This document shows, piece by piece, positions 1 through 6,770 of a stretch of 28,980 nucleotides of DNA. The number at the start of each line of letters is the position of its first letter. Position 1 is the first letter of the stretch. Source of the DNA: a virus (taxonomy: Duplodnaviria > Heunggongvirae > Uroviricota > Caudoviricetes). The translations under genes and the position numbers were made by a program. The stretch is from the IMG/VR virus record IMGVR_UViG_3300042006_000037; one strand, 5' to 3'. The notes below the pieces were generated by a model. That model was given only the letters and a program-made list of their open reading frames with translations. It was not told the origin of the DNA and made no database searches.

Positions 1-1
1 A

Positions 2-364
2 ATGTCACCTATTGAGTTTGACTTGTACGTTTCGAGCCGCTATCGCATCAAAGCGAATGATGCAAAGGTGCGTAGTCTTGAGTTTGGTCTAACCTTCTCG
101 GAATTCCGCAAATTGTGTGCCCGTCGTGTTTGTCAATATACAGGAATCCGGTTGACACTCCCGGCTGAAAAGCAAAAGAATACAGATATGAGTTTCGAGC
201 GGGTTGACAACTCAAAAGGTTATGTTTCTGGTAATGTTATTACCGTTTGTTTTGCAGCCAATAACATTAAGAGTGTTTTCGAGAATCCAAACCACTTGCT
301 ACAGGTTGAACATGCTGTTAAAATGTTTGCAACAATCAGTAAAATGCAAAAGGGTTTGAAATAA
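2..364 (+). CDS. Srd-like protein (T4 putative anti-sigma family, degenerate HNH-like fold); may be 5'-truncated
   Basis: Motif C-x-YTG...ERVDNSKGYVSGNV..VC..AN..K typical of phage Srd-like proteins. Confidence 0.55.
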   Translation: MSPIEFDLYVSSRYRIKANDAKVRSLEFGLTFSEFRKLCARRVCQYTGIRLTLPAEKQKNTDMSFERVDNSKGYVSGNVITVCFAANNIKSVFENPNHLLQVEHAVKMFATISKMQKGLK

Positions 365-368
365 AAGG

Positions 369-396
369 TTGACAATCTAGCAAATTAATTTAGAAT
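369..396 (+). promoter_or_regulatory. sigma70-like promoter TTGACA-16-TAGAAT
   Basis: TTGACA 369-374, TAGAAT 391-396. Confidence 0.75.
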
Positions 397-430
397 ACTC
401 ACCATCAAACAACGAATAGGACTCACCGTA

Positions 431-559
431 ATGACTTTGTTCTTCAAAAGCCGTACACTTGCACGTCAATTCAAAAGCACCAACGGTAAAGTGGTTGATC
501 ATGGTCATGACGCGCCTAATGGTCGTCGCTGGGGTTTCTTGATCGATAAGAAGGCATAA
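431..559 (+). CDS. 42-aa small phage protein (MTLFFKSRTLARQF...GRRWGF), missed by ORF track
   Basis: Manual translation; AGGA RBS upstream; fills gap between promoter and next gene. Confidence 0.75.
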   Translation: MTLFFKSRTLARQFKSTNGKVVDHGHDAPNGRRWGFLIDKKA

Positions 560-563
560 CCTC

Positions 564-926
564 ATGACCATCAAAAGTATCGTAGTATCAACCAAACCTT
601 TCAAGTTTAACGTTGGTGACCAACTGTTCACCTGTGAGTTCTTCGGCGGTAAAACTCTAACGGTTCTGGGTCCGGTTGAGAAAGACGGATGGGTTGAGAA
701 AGTCAAGGTCTTGTGCACTGACTCTGACAAGTGTTACTCGTTTTGTGTTGGTCGTGAAGACTACATTTTTCCGGGTGATTTAGGCGTTCCGGGTTTTGCA
801 TACGACGACCGTAAATGCAGCCTGTTCCGTAGCAAGAAAGCGGCAGACGCCCATGCTGGTGTTTATTCAAAATGGCTTGATCGAAACCCTGTTGACCTTG
901 ACGACTCATATTTTGGTCACTGGTAA
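564..926 (+). CDS. hypothetical protein (120 aa)
   Basis: ORF in operon, followed by terminator. Confidence 0.75.
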   Translation: MTIKSIVVSTKPFKFNVGDQLFTCEFFGGKTLTVLGPVEKDGWVEKVKVLCTDSDKCYSFCVGREDYIFPGDLGVPGFAYDDRKCSLFRSKKAADAHAGVYSKWLDRNPVDLDDSYFGHW

Positions 927-946
927 CTGATAGAACAAATGTATAG

Positions 947-970
947 AGCCCCGCTTTTGCGGGGCTTTTC
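947..970 (+). terminator. Rho-independent terminator
   Basis: AGCCCCGC-TTTT-GCGGGGCT followed by TTT. Confidence 0.85.
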
Positions 971-1008
971 ATTGCCTAAAAATAAATGCAAAATGGTGAA
1001 AATAGTTG

Positions 1009-1036
1009 TTGACTCGTTTTCTAAAGCCTGTAGAAT
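1009..1036 (+). promoter_or_regulatory. early promoter cassette TTGACT-16-TAGAAT with spacer box TTTTCTAA; 5' stem-loop at ~1046-1065
   Basis: Direct motif match; GAAAGGGG-AAAA-CCTCTTTC hairpin downstream. Confidence 0.8.
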
Positions 1037-1086
1037 GGGCGTCAAGAAAGGGGAAAACCTCTTTCACCACTAAAGAGAATGCGAAC

Positions 1087-1410
1087 ATGACAACAGTTAA
1101 CCAAGTTGCAAAACAAATTGTCGAATCAGCTATTGACATGGAGTATGTGACCGATTGTGGTAAGACAACAGTAGGTGAAGTGTACCAAGCTGAATACGGT
1201 TACAATGGTTTGACTCCTACAGCGTGCAAAGATTATTTGCAAGGGTTGCCAAGTGTATGCACTGTTCCATTCTGGAATAATGAAATTCTAGAACTTCTGG
1301 CAAAGAACGGAATCAGTCGTAAAAGCGATGACGCACAAACTACACTGATTGAGAACTATTGGTACGCTTGTGGTAATCAATTGTTCCTACTTATCAAAGG
1401 TGGTAAGTAA
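1087..1410 (+). CDS. hypothetical protein (107 aa, YLQGLPS motif)
   Basis: Start reassigned to ATG 1087 downstream of promoter. Confidence 0.75.
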   Translation: MTTVNQVAKQIVESAIDMEYVTDCGKTTVGEVYQAEYGYNGLTPTACKDYLQGLPSVCTVPFWNNEILELLAKNGISRKSDDAQTTLIENYWYACGNQLFLLIKGGK

Positions 1411-1411
1411 A

Positions 1412-1639
1412 ATGAAACATCAACATGGTACAATTCTTTGTCTGTTAGAAGGTGGTAACAAGTACAAAGTTATTCACGCACTACCATCAGAAGGAAGTGA
1501 TTTTAAAGGGTTGTACCTTCTTGAATGCGTTGACTTTTGGTGTTCCGAGGATCTTGGTGATGGGATTGAATGTCACAAGGAATATCAACAGCTGTGGATA
1601 GCCTCATACCATGCTGATTTCATGATTGTTTATAAATAA
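1412..1639 (+). CDS. hypothetical protein (75 aa)
   Basis: ATG immediately after upstream stop. Confidence 0.7.
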   Translation: MKHQHGTILCLLEGGNKYKVIHALPSEGSDFKGLYLLECVDFWCSEDLGDGIECHKEYQQLWIASYHADFMIVYK

Positions 1640-1642
1640 AGC

Positions 1643-1670
1643 TTGACCACTTCTCTAAACCTGCTAGAAT
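1643..1670 (+). promoter_or_regulatory. early promoter cassette TTGACC-16-TAGAAT with TTCTCTAA box; 5' stem-loop 1682-1699
   Basis: Direct motif match; GAGAGGC-AAAC-GCCTCTC hairpin. Confidence 0.85.
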
Positions 1671-1717
1671 CAACCACACAAGAGAGGCAAACGCCTCTCG
1701 CTAAAGGAATAAAGATT

Positions 1718-2047
1718 ATGAAATCCGAACAATTCTGGAATGTTGACAACGTTAAAACTTTCAAAGGCTTCGACGTTAACAATGGTGAAGTGTCTGTATC
1801 TGAAAGTGAATATGTAGACTATCTCGATGAGGTTTACGGTGACGTGCAAGTGTGTGGTATGACTTTCGGTTCCGGTCGTCTTTTGCAAGATGCAGACCCT
1901 ACGGCTTTCCGTTGTGGTAAGGGTGATTATGAAAGTGAGTTGCAGTCGGAACTTGAAAACCAACTGTCTAAAGAAGACTCCGACGATATCGAATTTATCG
2001 ACGGTGACGAATGGGAACTTGAAGAAGAAGATGAGGACGAAGAATAA
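1718..2047 (+). CDS. highly acidic 109-aa protein, candidate DNA mimic
   Basis: 34 D/E vs 7 K/R by manual count; AAAGGA RBS; first gene behind its own promoter. Confidence 0.75.
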   Translation: MKSEQFWNVDNVKTFKGFDVNNGEVSVSESEYVDYLDEVYGDVQVCGMTFGSGRLLQDADPTAFRCGKGDYESELQSELENQLSKEDSDDIEFIDGDEWELEEEDEDEE

Positions 2048-2098
2048 CAGTTGATTTATAGAAGCACTCTAGATTGGGTGCTTCTAGTAAGTCTTCTG
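2048..2098 (+). other. long imperfect intergenic hairpin (RNase III-site-like)
   Basis: Core TAGAAGCAC(2059-2067)/GTGCTTCTA(2078-2086), extendable by GATTTA/TAAGTC. Confidence 0.55.
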
Positions 2099-2130
2099 AA
2101 TGTAATACAAACGGACAAATGAGGTGTAAC

Positions 2131-2430
2131 ATGGCTACTACAAAACCGACTAAGAAAACCCGTCAACAACTTGAGCGCCAGATTCTTGAACTTGAGTCAC
2201 AGTTAGCACACCGTTATGCATACGCCCAATCTGAAATAGACAAAGCTTCAACATCTAGAATGATGGCGAGCGGTGTACTGTTGCAACTTACCGCCTTAGG
2301 TGGTCGTGAGATTATCAACCCTGTTGTTATTCGTGATGGTCTGTCACCTGAAACCATTGCAGCAATCAAAGCTGATTTGCACCGTAGTTATGAACTAACT
2401 GTGTTGCATAAAACAAAAGGAATTGAGTAA
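2131..2430 (+). CDS. hypothetical protein (99 aa)
   Basis: GAGGTG RBS before ATG 2131. Confidence 0.75.
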   Translation: MATTKPTKKTRQQLERQILELESQLAHRYAYAQSEIDKASTSRMMASGVLLQLTALGGREIINPVVIRDGLSPETIAAIKADLHRSYELTVLHKTKGIE

Positions 2431-2431
2431 C

Positions 2432-2533
2432 GTGGCGATTCTAAAGCGTAAGAAGAAATGCATGGGATGCGGTGCTATGTTTAGCAATTACCCCGGTATG
2501 TTTTGCCGATACTGTCATGTGAAGGAAGATTGA
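2432..2533 (+). CDS. 33-aa CxxC-x11-CxxC zinc-finger microprotein (GTG start), missed by ORF track
   Basis: MAILKRKKKCMGCGAMFSNYPGMFCRYCHVKED; exactly fills gap between neighbours. Confidence 0.6.
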   Translation: MAILKRKKKCMGCGAMFSNYPGMFCRYCHVKED

Positions 2534-2536
2534 ACC

Positions 2537-2860
2537 ATGGCAAACACTCATACTCCCTTTGTGCGTTCCTGTGTGGCTCTCTGGCTTGCTGGAACAAGTG
2601 AGACAACGTTCTGTGTAGCTGACGTGATAGCGTGCCTTAAAGACACACACACGAGCCTAGAGGCTGTTGATTTATCGAAAGCTGTCAGCAATGAACTGGT
2701 AAGGCTTGAATACATTGGAAAGCTTGTTAGCCATGTTGGCAAGCTTGAAGATGGTTGCGGGGTTGGTCGCCCGCCCCGCGTGTACGCTCGTAGTGTGTGT
2801 CCGCATATGATGGTAGCTTTTCAACAAAAGTCGACAGACGGTAGTTTACAACAGTGTTAA
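2537..2860 (+). CDS. hypothetical protein, possible winged-helix DNA-binding protein
   Basis: Helical N-half plus GRPPRVY wing-like motif; inference only. Confidence 0.55.
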   Translation: MANTHTPFVRSCVALWLAGTSETTFCVADVIACLKDTHTSLEAVDLSKAVSNELVRLEYIGKLVSHVGKLEDGCGVGRPPRVYARSVCPHMMVAFQQKSTDGSLQQC

Positions 2861-2947
2861 ACATGCTAATCTAACAACGTACAAGACAGCAGGATGTTCG
2901 CAGTAGCTGCCGGTAATTACTCTTAACTGATGATTGAGGTTTGCCAA

Positions 2948-3181
2948 ATGGATATTCGTGAATACAAGAAACATCGTACAGCTTTGCGTAACAGCGCTAT
3001 GAACATGAGCGTTGATGGTCTGCAAGAAAGTATTAAAGCGGACTGGAAAGAGCCACAATGGCCTAGTGTGTTGTTTGATGCCATGAATGATGCACTTGAA
3101 CGCAAGATGGGTAAGCGTGCATATGCGACATGGTTTAACAGCCTGTCCAATGTTGAAACTGTAGAGGTAGCACAGCCATGA
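2948..3181 (+). CDS. hypothetical protein (77 aa)
   Basis: GAGGT RBS before ATG 2948. Confidence 0.7.
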   Translation: MDIREYKKHRTALRNSAMNMSVDGLQESIKADWKEPQWPSVLFDAMNDALERKMGKRAYATWFNSLSNVETVEVAQP

Positions 3182-3423
3182 AAAAGCTTTGCACATACAG
3201 CAGTAACGTACACACTCACAGCTCACAGGTTGACCGTATAGCACGTATATACGAAAGTGAGACACCTGTGTTTAAAGGTTGTCGCTTTGAAGTTAGTACA
3301 CACTCTGGCGGCGTTGGTGTTGATTGGGACTTTAAACCATTCAAGACCTTGCAAGATGCTCAATGCTACGCACTCCAGTTTATTGCACCGTCTCACATTC
3401 TTTGCAAATTCAAACCGGACTAA
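3178..3423 (+). CDS. hypothetical protein (81 aa)
   Basis: ATGA overlap with upstream gene. Confidence 0.7.
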   Translation: MKKLCTYSSNVHTHSSQVDRIARIYESETPVFKGCRFEVSTHSGGVGVDWDFKPFKTLQDAQCYALQFIAPSHILCKFKPD

Positions 3424-3439
3424 TTAAGGGTTAACGAAA

Positions 3440-3652
3440 ATGATTCTCACTCCTAAACAGGCGCAAATTCTTATCTGTAGACACCTTGACTCAGGCAACG
3501 GAATATACATTGATAGTCGTTATTATGATGTTCGTGTAAAGGACGGTGTTCTACAGGTTTGTGACTTTAACAGCTGGTTTGACGTTCCAGACGGTGCTGA
3601 GTTTCGCGGCTCACATGGACAACAGCTGTTTATTTATGAAATTGCAAAATAA
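3440..3652 (+). CDS. hypothetical protein (70 aa)
   Basis: AAGGG RBS, operon context. Confidence 0.7.
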   Translation: MILTPKQAQILICRHLDSGNGIYIDSRYYDVRVKDGVLQVCDFNSWFDVPDGAEFRGSHGQQLFIYEIAK

Positions 3653-3655
3653 CCG

Positions 3656-3692
3656 TTGACACGGGGTTAACCAGATGAGACTATAACCCCGT
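3656..3692 (+). promoter_or_regulatory. promoter TTGACA-16-GAGACT overlapped by 9-bp inverted repeat
   Basis: TTGACA 3656-3661; ACGGGGTTA(3661-3669)/TAACCCCGT(3684-3692). Confidence 0.55.
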
Positions 3693-3726
3693 CGAAACAA
3701 AACAATTTTTCTAAAGGAATACGAAA

Positions 3727-3978
3727 ATGTCAATATGGGCAACTATCGCTGTAGTGTGCACAATGTCGGCTTGTTCTGACTATGTGATTGATACAGCGTC
3801 AAACGTGCAAGATGCCAACTCAAACACCCATGCTCAAGATGAGCGCTTTCTAGCCCTTTGGGGTGATGAACAACAGTTGACAGACTGGCTCACAGAGTTT
3901 AAGATCGGTGAGACTGTTTTCGAAATTGTCTCGCTCGAAATGGAAACGAAAGAGATTGTAGAGGATGATGCACCATGA
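3727..3978 (+). CDS. hypothetical protein with hydrophobic N-terminus (83 aa)
   Basis: AAAGGA RBS; N-terminal IWATIAVVC segment; acidic remainder. Confidence 0.7.
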   Translation: MSIWATIAVVCTMSACSDYVIDTASNVQDANSNTHAQDERFLALWGDEQQLTDWLTEFKIGETVFEIVSLEMETKEIVEDDAP

Positions 3979-4167
3979 CCGAAATCAAACAAGGTGACAA
4001 AGTGATGTGCATAGATCCCGACTATCGGAATGTGCTAGAGCTTAACAAGGTATACACTGTTGAAAGGACAATCGAAGTATTTTGGCGGTAAAACCGATTT
4101 GATCCTAGAAGGTGTTCCATTCTACTCATGGATGCCTGAAAGGTTTGTTAAAGAAGGTCGAAAATAA
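3975..4167 (+). pseudogene. small gene interrupted by a +1 frameshift in a T4 run (or sequencing error)
   Basis: Frame 1 stops at 4089-4091; removing one T at 4080-4083 gives a 63-aa protein ending at TAA 4165-4167. Confidence 0.65.
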
Positions 4168-4170
4168 AGC

Positions 4171-4198
4171 TTGACTCCTTCTCTAACTGGTGTAGAAT
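4171..4198 (+). promoter_or_regulatory. early promoter cassette TTGACT-16-TAGAAT with TTCTCTAA box; 5' hairpin ~4211-4231
   Basis: Direct motif match. Confidence 0.85.
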
Positions 4199-4249
4199 TG
4201 AGGACAAGAAAGGGGAAAAATGGTTTTCCCTAAGATGAGAAACATTATC

Positions 4250-4348
4250 ATGAACAAGTATATGGTTGCACTTCCTGTTGGTGTTCTGATTACTGTAGCA
4301 CTGTATGCTATGATTAACTACGGTTCCATTCTGGCGACGACTATCTAA
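4250..4348 (+). CDS. 32-aa single-TM membrane micropeptide, missed by ORF track
   Basis: MNKYMVALPVGVLITVALYAMINYGSILATTI; directly behind promoter. Confidence 0.6.
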   Translation: MNKYMVALPVGVLITVALYAMINYGSILATTI

Positions 4349-4349
4349 T

Positions 4350-4544
4350 ATGAAAGCTCATAACTTCCTTAATGTGTTCAATATTTCAAAAGCCTTGCAT
4401 CTTCTGGAAAACAACCTAGATTATGCAGCCATGTCCGACGATCTTGTAATGGTAGTTGCCCATGATAATACAGTGTGGGTATGTAGAGAGGACGGTTCTA
4501 GTTGCGCACTTGATAACCTCAAGTTGGTACAGCGTATTGTCTAG
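4350..4544 (+). CDS. hypothetical protein (64 aa)
   Basis: ATG directly after upstream stop. Confidence 0.65.
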   Translation: MKAHNFLNVFNISKALHLLENNLDYAAMSDDLVMVVAHDNTVWVCREDGSSCALDNLKLVQRIV

Positions 4545-4596
4545 TGTAATTATCAGAAAGTTCTGTTATGTACTTAAGAGCTTTCGAGTAATTACA
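4545..4596 (+). other. long imperfect intergenic hairpin (RNase III-site-like)
   Basis: TGTAATTATCAGAAAGTTCT pairs with AGAGCTTTCGAGTAATTACA. Confidence 0.55.
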
Positions 4597-4607
4597 TGAT
4601 GTATAAA

Positions 4608-4772
4608 ATGCAATATCTTTCAGTAGTAAACTTAGTTGTTATCGCATTCTTTGCTGTAGTATGGGCTAAAACTAGCTGGTCCAACTTTGTTATTAAATTT
4701 GCTCTAATTACACTTACAGTGTTTAATGCTGTATATGTTTTTCAATCATTCGGTTATGTTGTAAAACTATAA
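4608..4772 (+). CDS. 54-aa two-TM membrane protein, missed by ORF track
   Basis: MQYLSVVNLVVIAFFAVVWAKTSWSNFVIKFALITLTVFNAVYVFQSFGYVVKL. Confidence 0.65.
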   Translation: MQYLSVVNLVVIAFFAVVWAKTSWSNFVIKFALITLTVFNAVYVFQSFGYVVKL

Positions 4773-4781
4773 GGAAATAAT

Positions 4782-4943
4782 ATGTTGGTCATGAAACGAA
4801 GCGGGAAGCCGTTCAAGTGCGGTAAGATCGTAGCGTCTATCCTTGGTTATACAGTCAACCCACAATGCCCTAAACAGTCCAGAGCGGCACTAATGCAGGA
4901 TGGTAGCATTGTGAACCTTGACCGACTGAAATGGTGGCTGTAA
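4782..4943 (+). CDS. 53-aa basic hypothetical protein, missed by ORF track
   Basis: AAGGA RBS; MLVMKRSGKPFKCGK...KWWL. Confidence 0.7.
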   Translation: MLVMKRSGKPFKCGKIVASILGYTVNPQCPKQSRAALMQDGSIVNLDRLKWWL

Positions 4944-4945
4944 AG

Positions 4946-4961
4946 AGTTCCACGTGAAACA
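4946..4961 (+). promoter_or_regulatory. parS-like centromere site 1
   Basis: AGTTCCACGTGAAACA, 15/16 to consensus TGTTNCACGTGAAACA; intergenic. Confidence 0.75.
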
Positions 4962-4965
4962 ATAG

Positions 4966-4990
4966 AGCCCCAGCTTATGCTGGGGTTTTT
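4966..4990 (+). terminator. Rho-independent terminator
   Basis: GCCCCAGC-TTAT-GCTGGGGT followed by TTTT. Confidence 0.85.
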
Positions 4991-4994
4991 AATA

Positions 4995-5095
4995 CCTGTG
5001 ATTTTCTTTTCAAAAGGTTGAAAATAAAGCTTGACCGGTTCTCTAAACCTGCTAGAATTACACCATACAGACAAACAACGGAGCAAGACGAAATG
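4995..5095 (+). repeat. 101-nt promoter-to-ATG cassette, copy A
   Basis: Ungapped alignment to 5945-6045, 72/101 identical by manual count. Confidence 0.7.
5031..5058 (+). promoter_or_regulatory. early promoter cassette TTGACC-16-TAGAAT with TTCTCTAA box
   Basis: Direct motif match. Confidence 0.85.
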
Positions 5096-5188
5096 AACGT
5101 CACTGACTTGGTATGTGAAATTATCTTCTGGATGATAATCACCACACTGGTTGCTGCTCTGGTTACTTCTTTAATCACTGGTCTGTAA
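5093..5188 (+). CDS. 31-aa single-TM membrane micropeptide, missed by ORF track
   Basis: GGAG RBS; MNVTDLVCEIIFWMIITTLVAALVTSLITGL. Confidence 0.65.
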   Translation: MNVTDLVCEIIFWMIITTLVAALVTSLITGL

Positions 5189-5210
5189 TCAAACAACAAA
5201 GGTGTTTTTA

Positions 5211-5528
5211 ATGTTATTAATGTCTGTTGAAAAATACGTTGATCATTATGCATTGCGTATGCGTAGTGGTTTGGTTACTGGTGAGCTTATAGCCCAGTTT
5301 GAAACCGAACAACAGGCTAAAGAGTGGGCATATTCTCAAGGTGGGGAGATAATCACCACCGTCGCAGTGTACAAGCGGATAGAGATTGCTAAGGACGTGT
5401 GCGGTAAATTCTACGCCTTCAATCTGTACGGTGATCAATGTTGTAAAGGTGTGGTGTTCAGAAGTGAATCCCATGTAAAGGATCTTATTGATTGGCATCT
5501 AGAATGCAAAGCAAAGGGGTTTGTATGA
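5211..5528 (+). CDS. hypothetical protein (~105 aa)
   Basis: AAAGGTG RBS; start uncertain (5211 or 5220). Confidence 0.7.
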   Translation: MLLMSVEKYVDHYALRMRSGLVTGELIAQFETEQQAKEWAYSQGGEIITTVAVYKRIEIAKDVCGKFYAFNLYGDQCCKGVVFRSESHVKDLIDWHLECKAKGFV

Positions 5529-5698
5529 AACATTGGGTACTTGCACGCGACTTGATGCAATCAATTATCACAAACCTAGACACAAACCGTATGACGCTCA
5601 AAGCTGCAAAGCTTTACTATTCAGCGTATGGTGTTGAGGTGAAAGGGCGAACAAAAGAGCAATTCATAAAGAACCTGTCAAAGCTTGTAAGCGAATGA
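5525..5698 (+). CDS. hypothetical basic protein (57 aa)
   Basis: ATGA overlap with upstream gene. Confidence 0.65.
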   Translation: MKHWVLARDLMQSIITNLDTNRMTLKAAKLYYSAYGVEVKGRTKEQFIKNLSKLVSE

Positions 5699-5736
5699 AC
5701 AAAGCCCCGCAATCTAAATGGTTGACGGGGCTTTGT
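5699..5736 (+). terminator. 11-bp inverted repeat, probable terminator, containing the -35 of the next promoter
   Basis: ACAAAGCCCCG(5699-5709)/CGGGGCTTTGT(5726-5736). Confidence 0.55.
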
Positions 5737-5750
5737 CTCGCCTGTAGAAT
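5722..5750 (+). promoter_or_regulatory. promoter TTGACG-17-TAGAAT with no clear downstream protein gene
   Basis: Direct motif match. Confidence 0.7.
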
Positions 5751-5769
5751 TATGTTCATGGTGTTAGGT

Positions 5770-5865
5770 TTGGCACGAGACAAACACGGGATGAGCCTGT
5801 TATTCCTAGTTGGCACGCAAATAGCATATGAAACTGTGTTCAAAGTTGGCACGCTTATTGGTACG
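5770..5865 (+). repeat. three TTGGCACG plus one TTGGTACG; includes sigma54-type GG-N10-GC box at 5810-5826
   Basis: TTGGCACG at 5770, 5810, 5846; TTGGTACG at 5858. Confidence 0.65.
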
Positions 5866-5944
5866 ACGTTTTAATCCGAAAGACATATCAGCATCAAGGG
5901 TATGCTATATCGTTGCTCAAATCGCTTTATAGGAGCTTACAGAG

Positions 5945-6045
5945 CCTGTGAATTCTTTTCTAAAAGATTGAAAATAAAACTTGCATGGTTCTCTAACCGG
6001 TGTAGACTGAATTTAACGAAACGAACAGCGGAGCAACACAAAATG
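5945..6045 (+). repeat. 101-nt promoter-to-ATG cassette, copy B, containing promoter TTGCAT-16-TAGACT (5981-6008) with TTCTCTAA box
   Basis: Ungapped homology to 4995-5095. Confidence 0.7.
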
Positions 6046-6225
6046 CCTTCACTCAATAAAGTAACATCAATCATTTCCAAATTTGACGAATTGAACAAGG
6101 TTTGGCGAGTGGTTGCATATATGGAAGACGGCACAAATGTATGTTTGGGCAATACACCTACTGAGAAAGGTGCAAAACGGATGGTTACAGTCCACAAGAA
6201 ATTTCACAACTTACCTTTAAAATAA
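6043..6225 (+). CDS. hypothetical basic protein (60 aa)
   Basis: GGAG RBS before ATG 6043. Confidence 0.7.
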   Translation: MPSLNKVTSIISKFDELNKVWRVVAYMEDGTNVCLGNTPTEKGAKRMVTVHKKFHNLPLK

Positions 6226-6228
6226 AGC

Positions 6229-6256
6229 TTGCATAGTTTTCTAAACCGCCTAGAAT
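6229..6256 (+). promoter_or_regulatory. early promoter cassette TTGCAT-16-TAGAAT with TTTTCTAA box
   Basis: Direct motif match. Confidence 0.8.
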
Positions 6257-6294
6257 GAAATCAGTGAAACAAACACACCAAAAGGACAAAGATC

Positions 6295-6687
6295 ATGGTT
6301 AACAAAGTTTGGAAATTCACCAGTGAAGAAAAGGCTCTGATACGTAAGGCTGCATTGAAAGCCACTTGTGTGGGACGTGTGAAGCTTGAAGCTGGTGAGC
6401 GTGTGTCATTGATTGACAGCAGCAAACCAATCTCTAACAATTGCTGGCTGGTTGACGACGATGATGCTTTGTGTAATTCAGACCTGCACCAAACCCAAGA
6501 TTGGGCAGAGACTTGCAAGGGTGTGGAACTGACACCAGAGGGCAAAGCGTTCATTGACTTTTACGTTTATAGCGTTGGTGAATATTCAGAGCTGATTACT
6601 AACATTGGCGTCTGTTATGAGCATGGTTCTATCCAGTACATTGAAAACGTTGGTTGCTCAAAGATTTATGTAAAACAGTTAAAATAG
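6295..6687 (+). CDS. hypothetical protein (130 aa)
   Basis: AAAGGA RBS; behind promoter. Confidence 0.8.
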   Translation: MVNKVWKFTSEEKALIRKAALKATCVGRVKLEAGERVSLIDSSKPISNNCWLVDDDDALCNSDLHQTQDWAETCKGVELTPEGKAFIDFYVYSVGEYSELITNIGVCYEHGSIQYIENVGCSKIYVKQLK

Positions 6688-6690
6688 TTG

Positions 6691-6718
6691 TTGACGCCTT
6701 CTCTAAAAGGTATAGAAT
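6691..6718 (+). promoter_or_regulatory. early promoter cassette TTGACG-16-TAGAAT with TTCTCTAA box; 5' stem-loop 6729-6748
   Basis: Direct motif match; GGGAAGC-AAGACA-GCTTCCC. Confidence 0.85.
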
Positions 6719-6770
6719 TGAACACATAGGGAAGCAAGACAGCTTCCCAGCCAACCAAAGGTAGAACACC

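Noticed and set aside
5752-5874. 40-aa ORF (or leaderless 38 aa from 5758) behind the 5722 promoter
   Set aside because: No RBS, the first ATG lies upstream of the predicted start site, and the TTGGCACG repeats fall in different frames. Not excluded, but unsupported.
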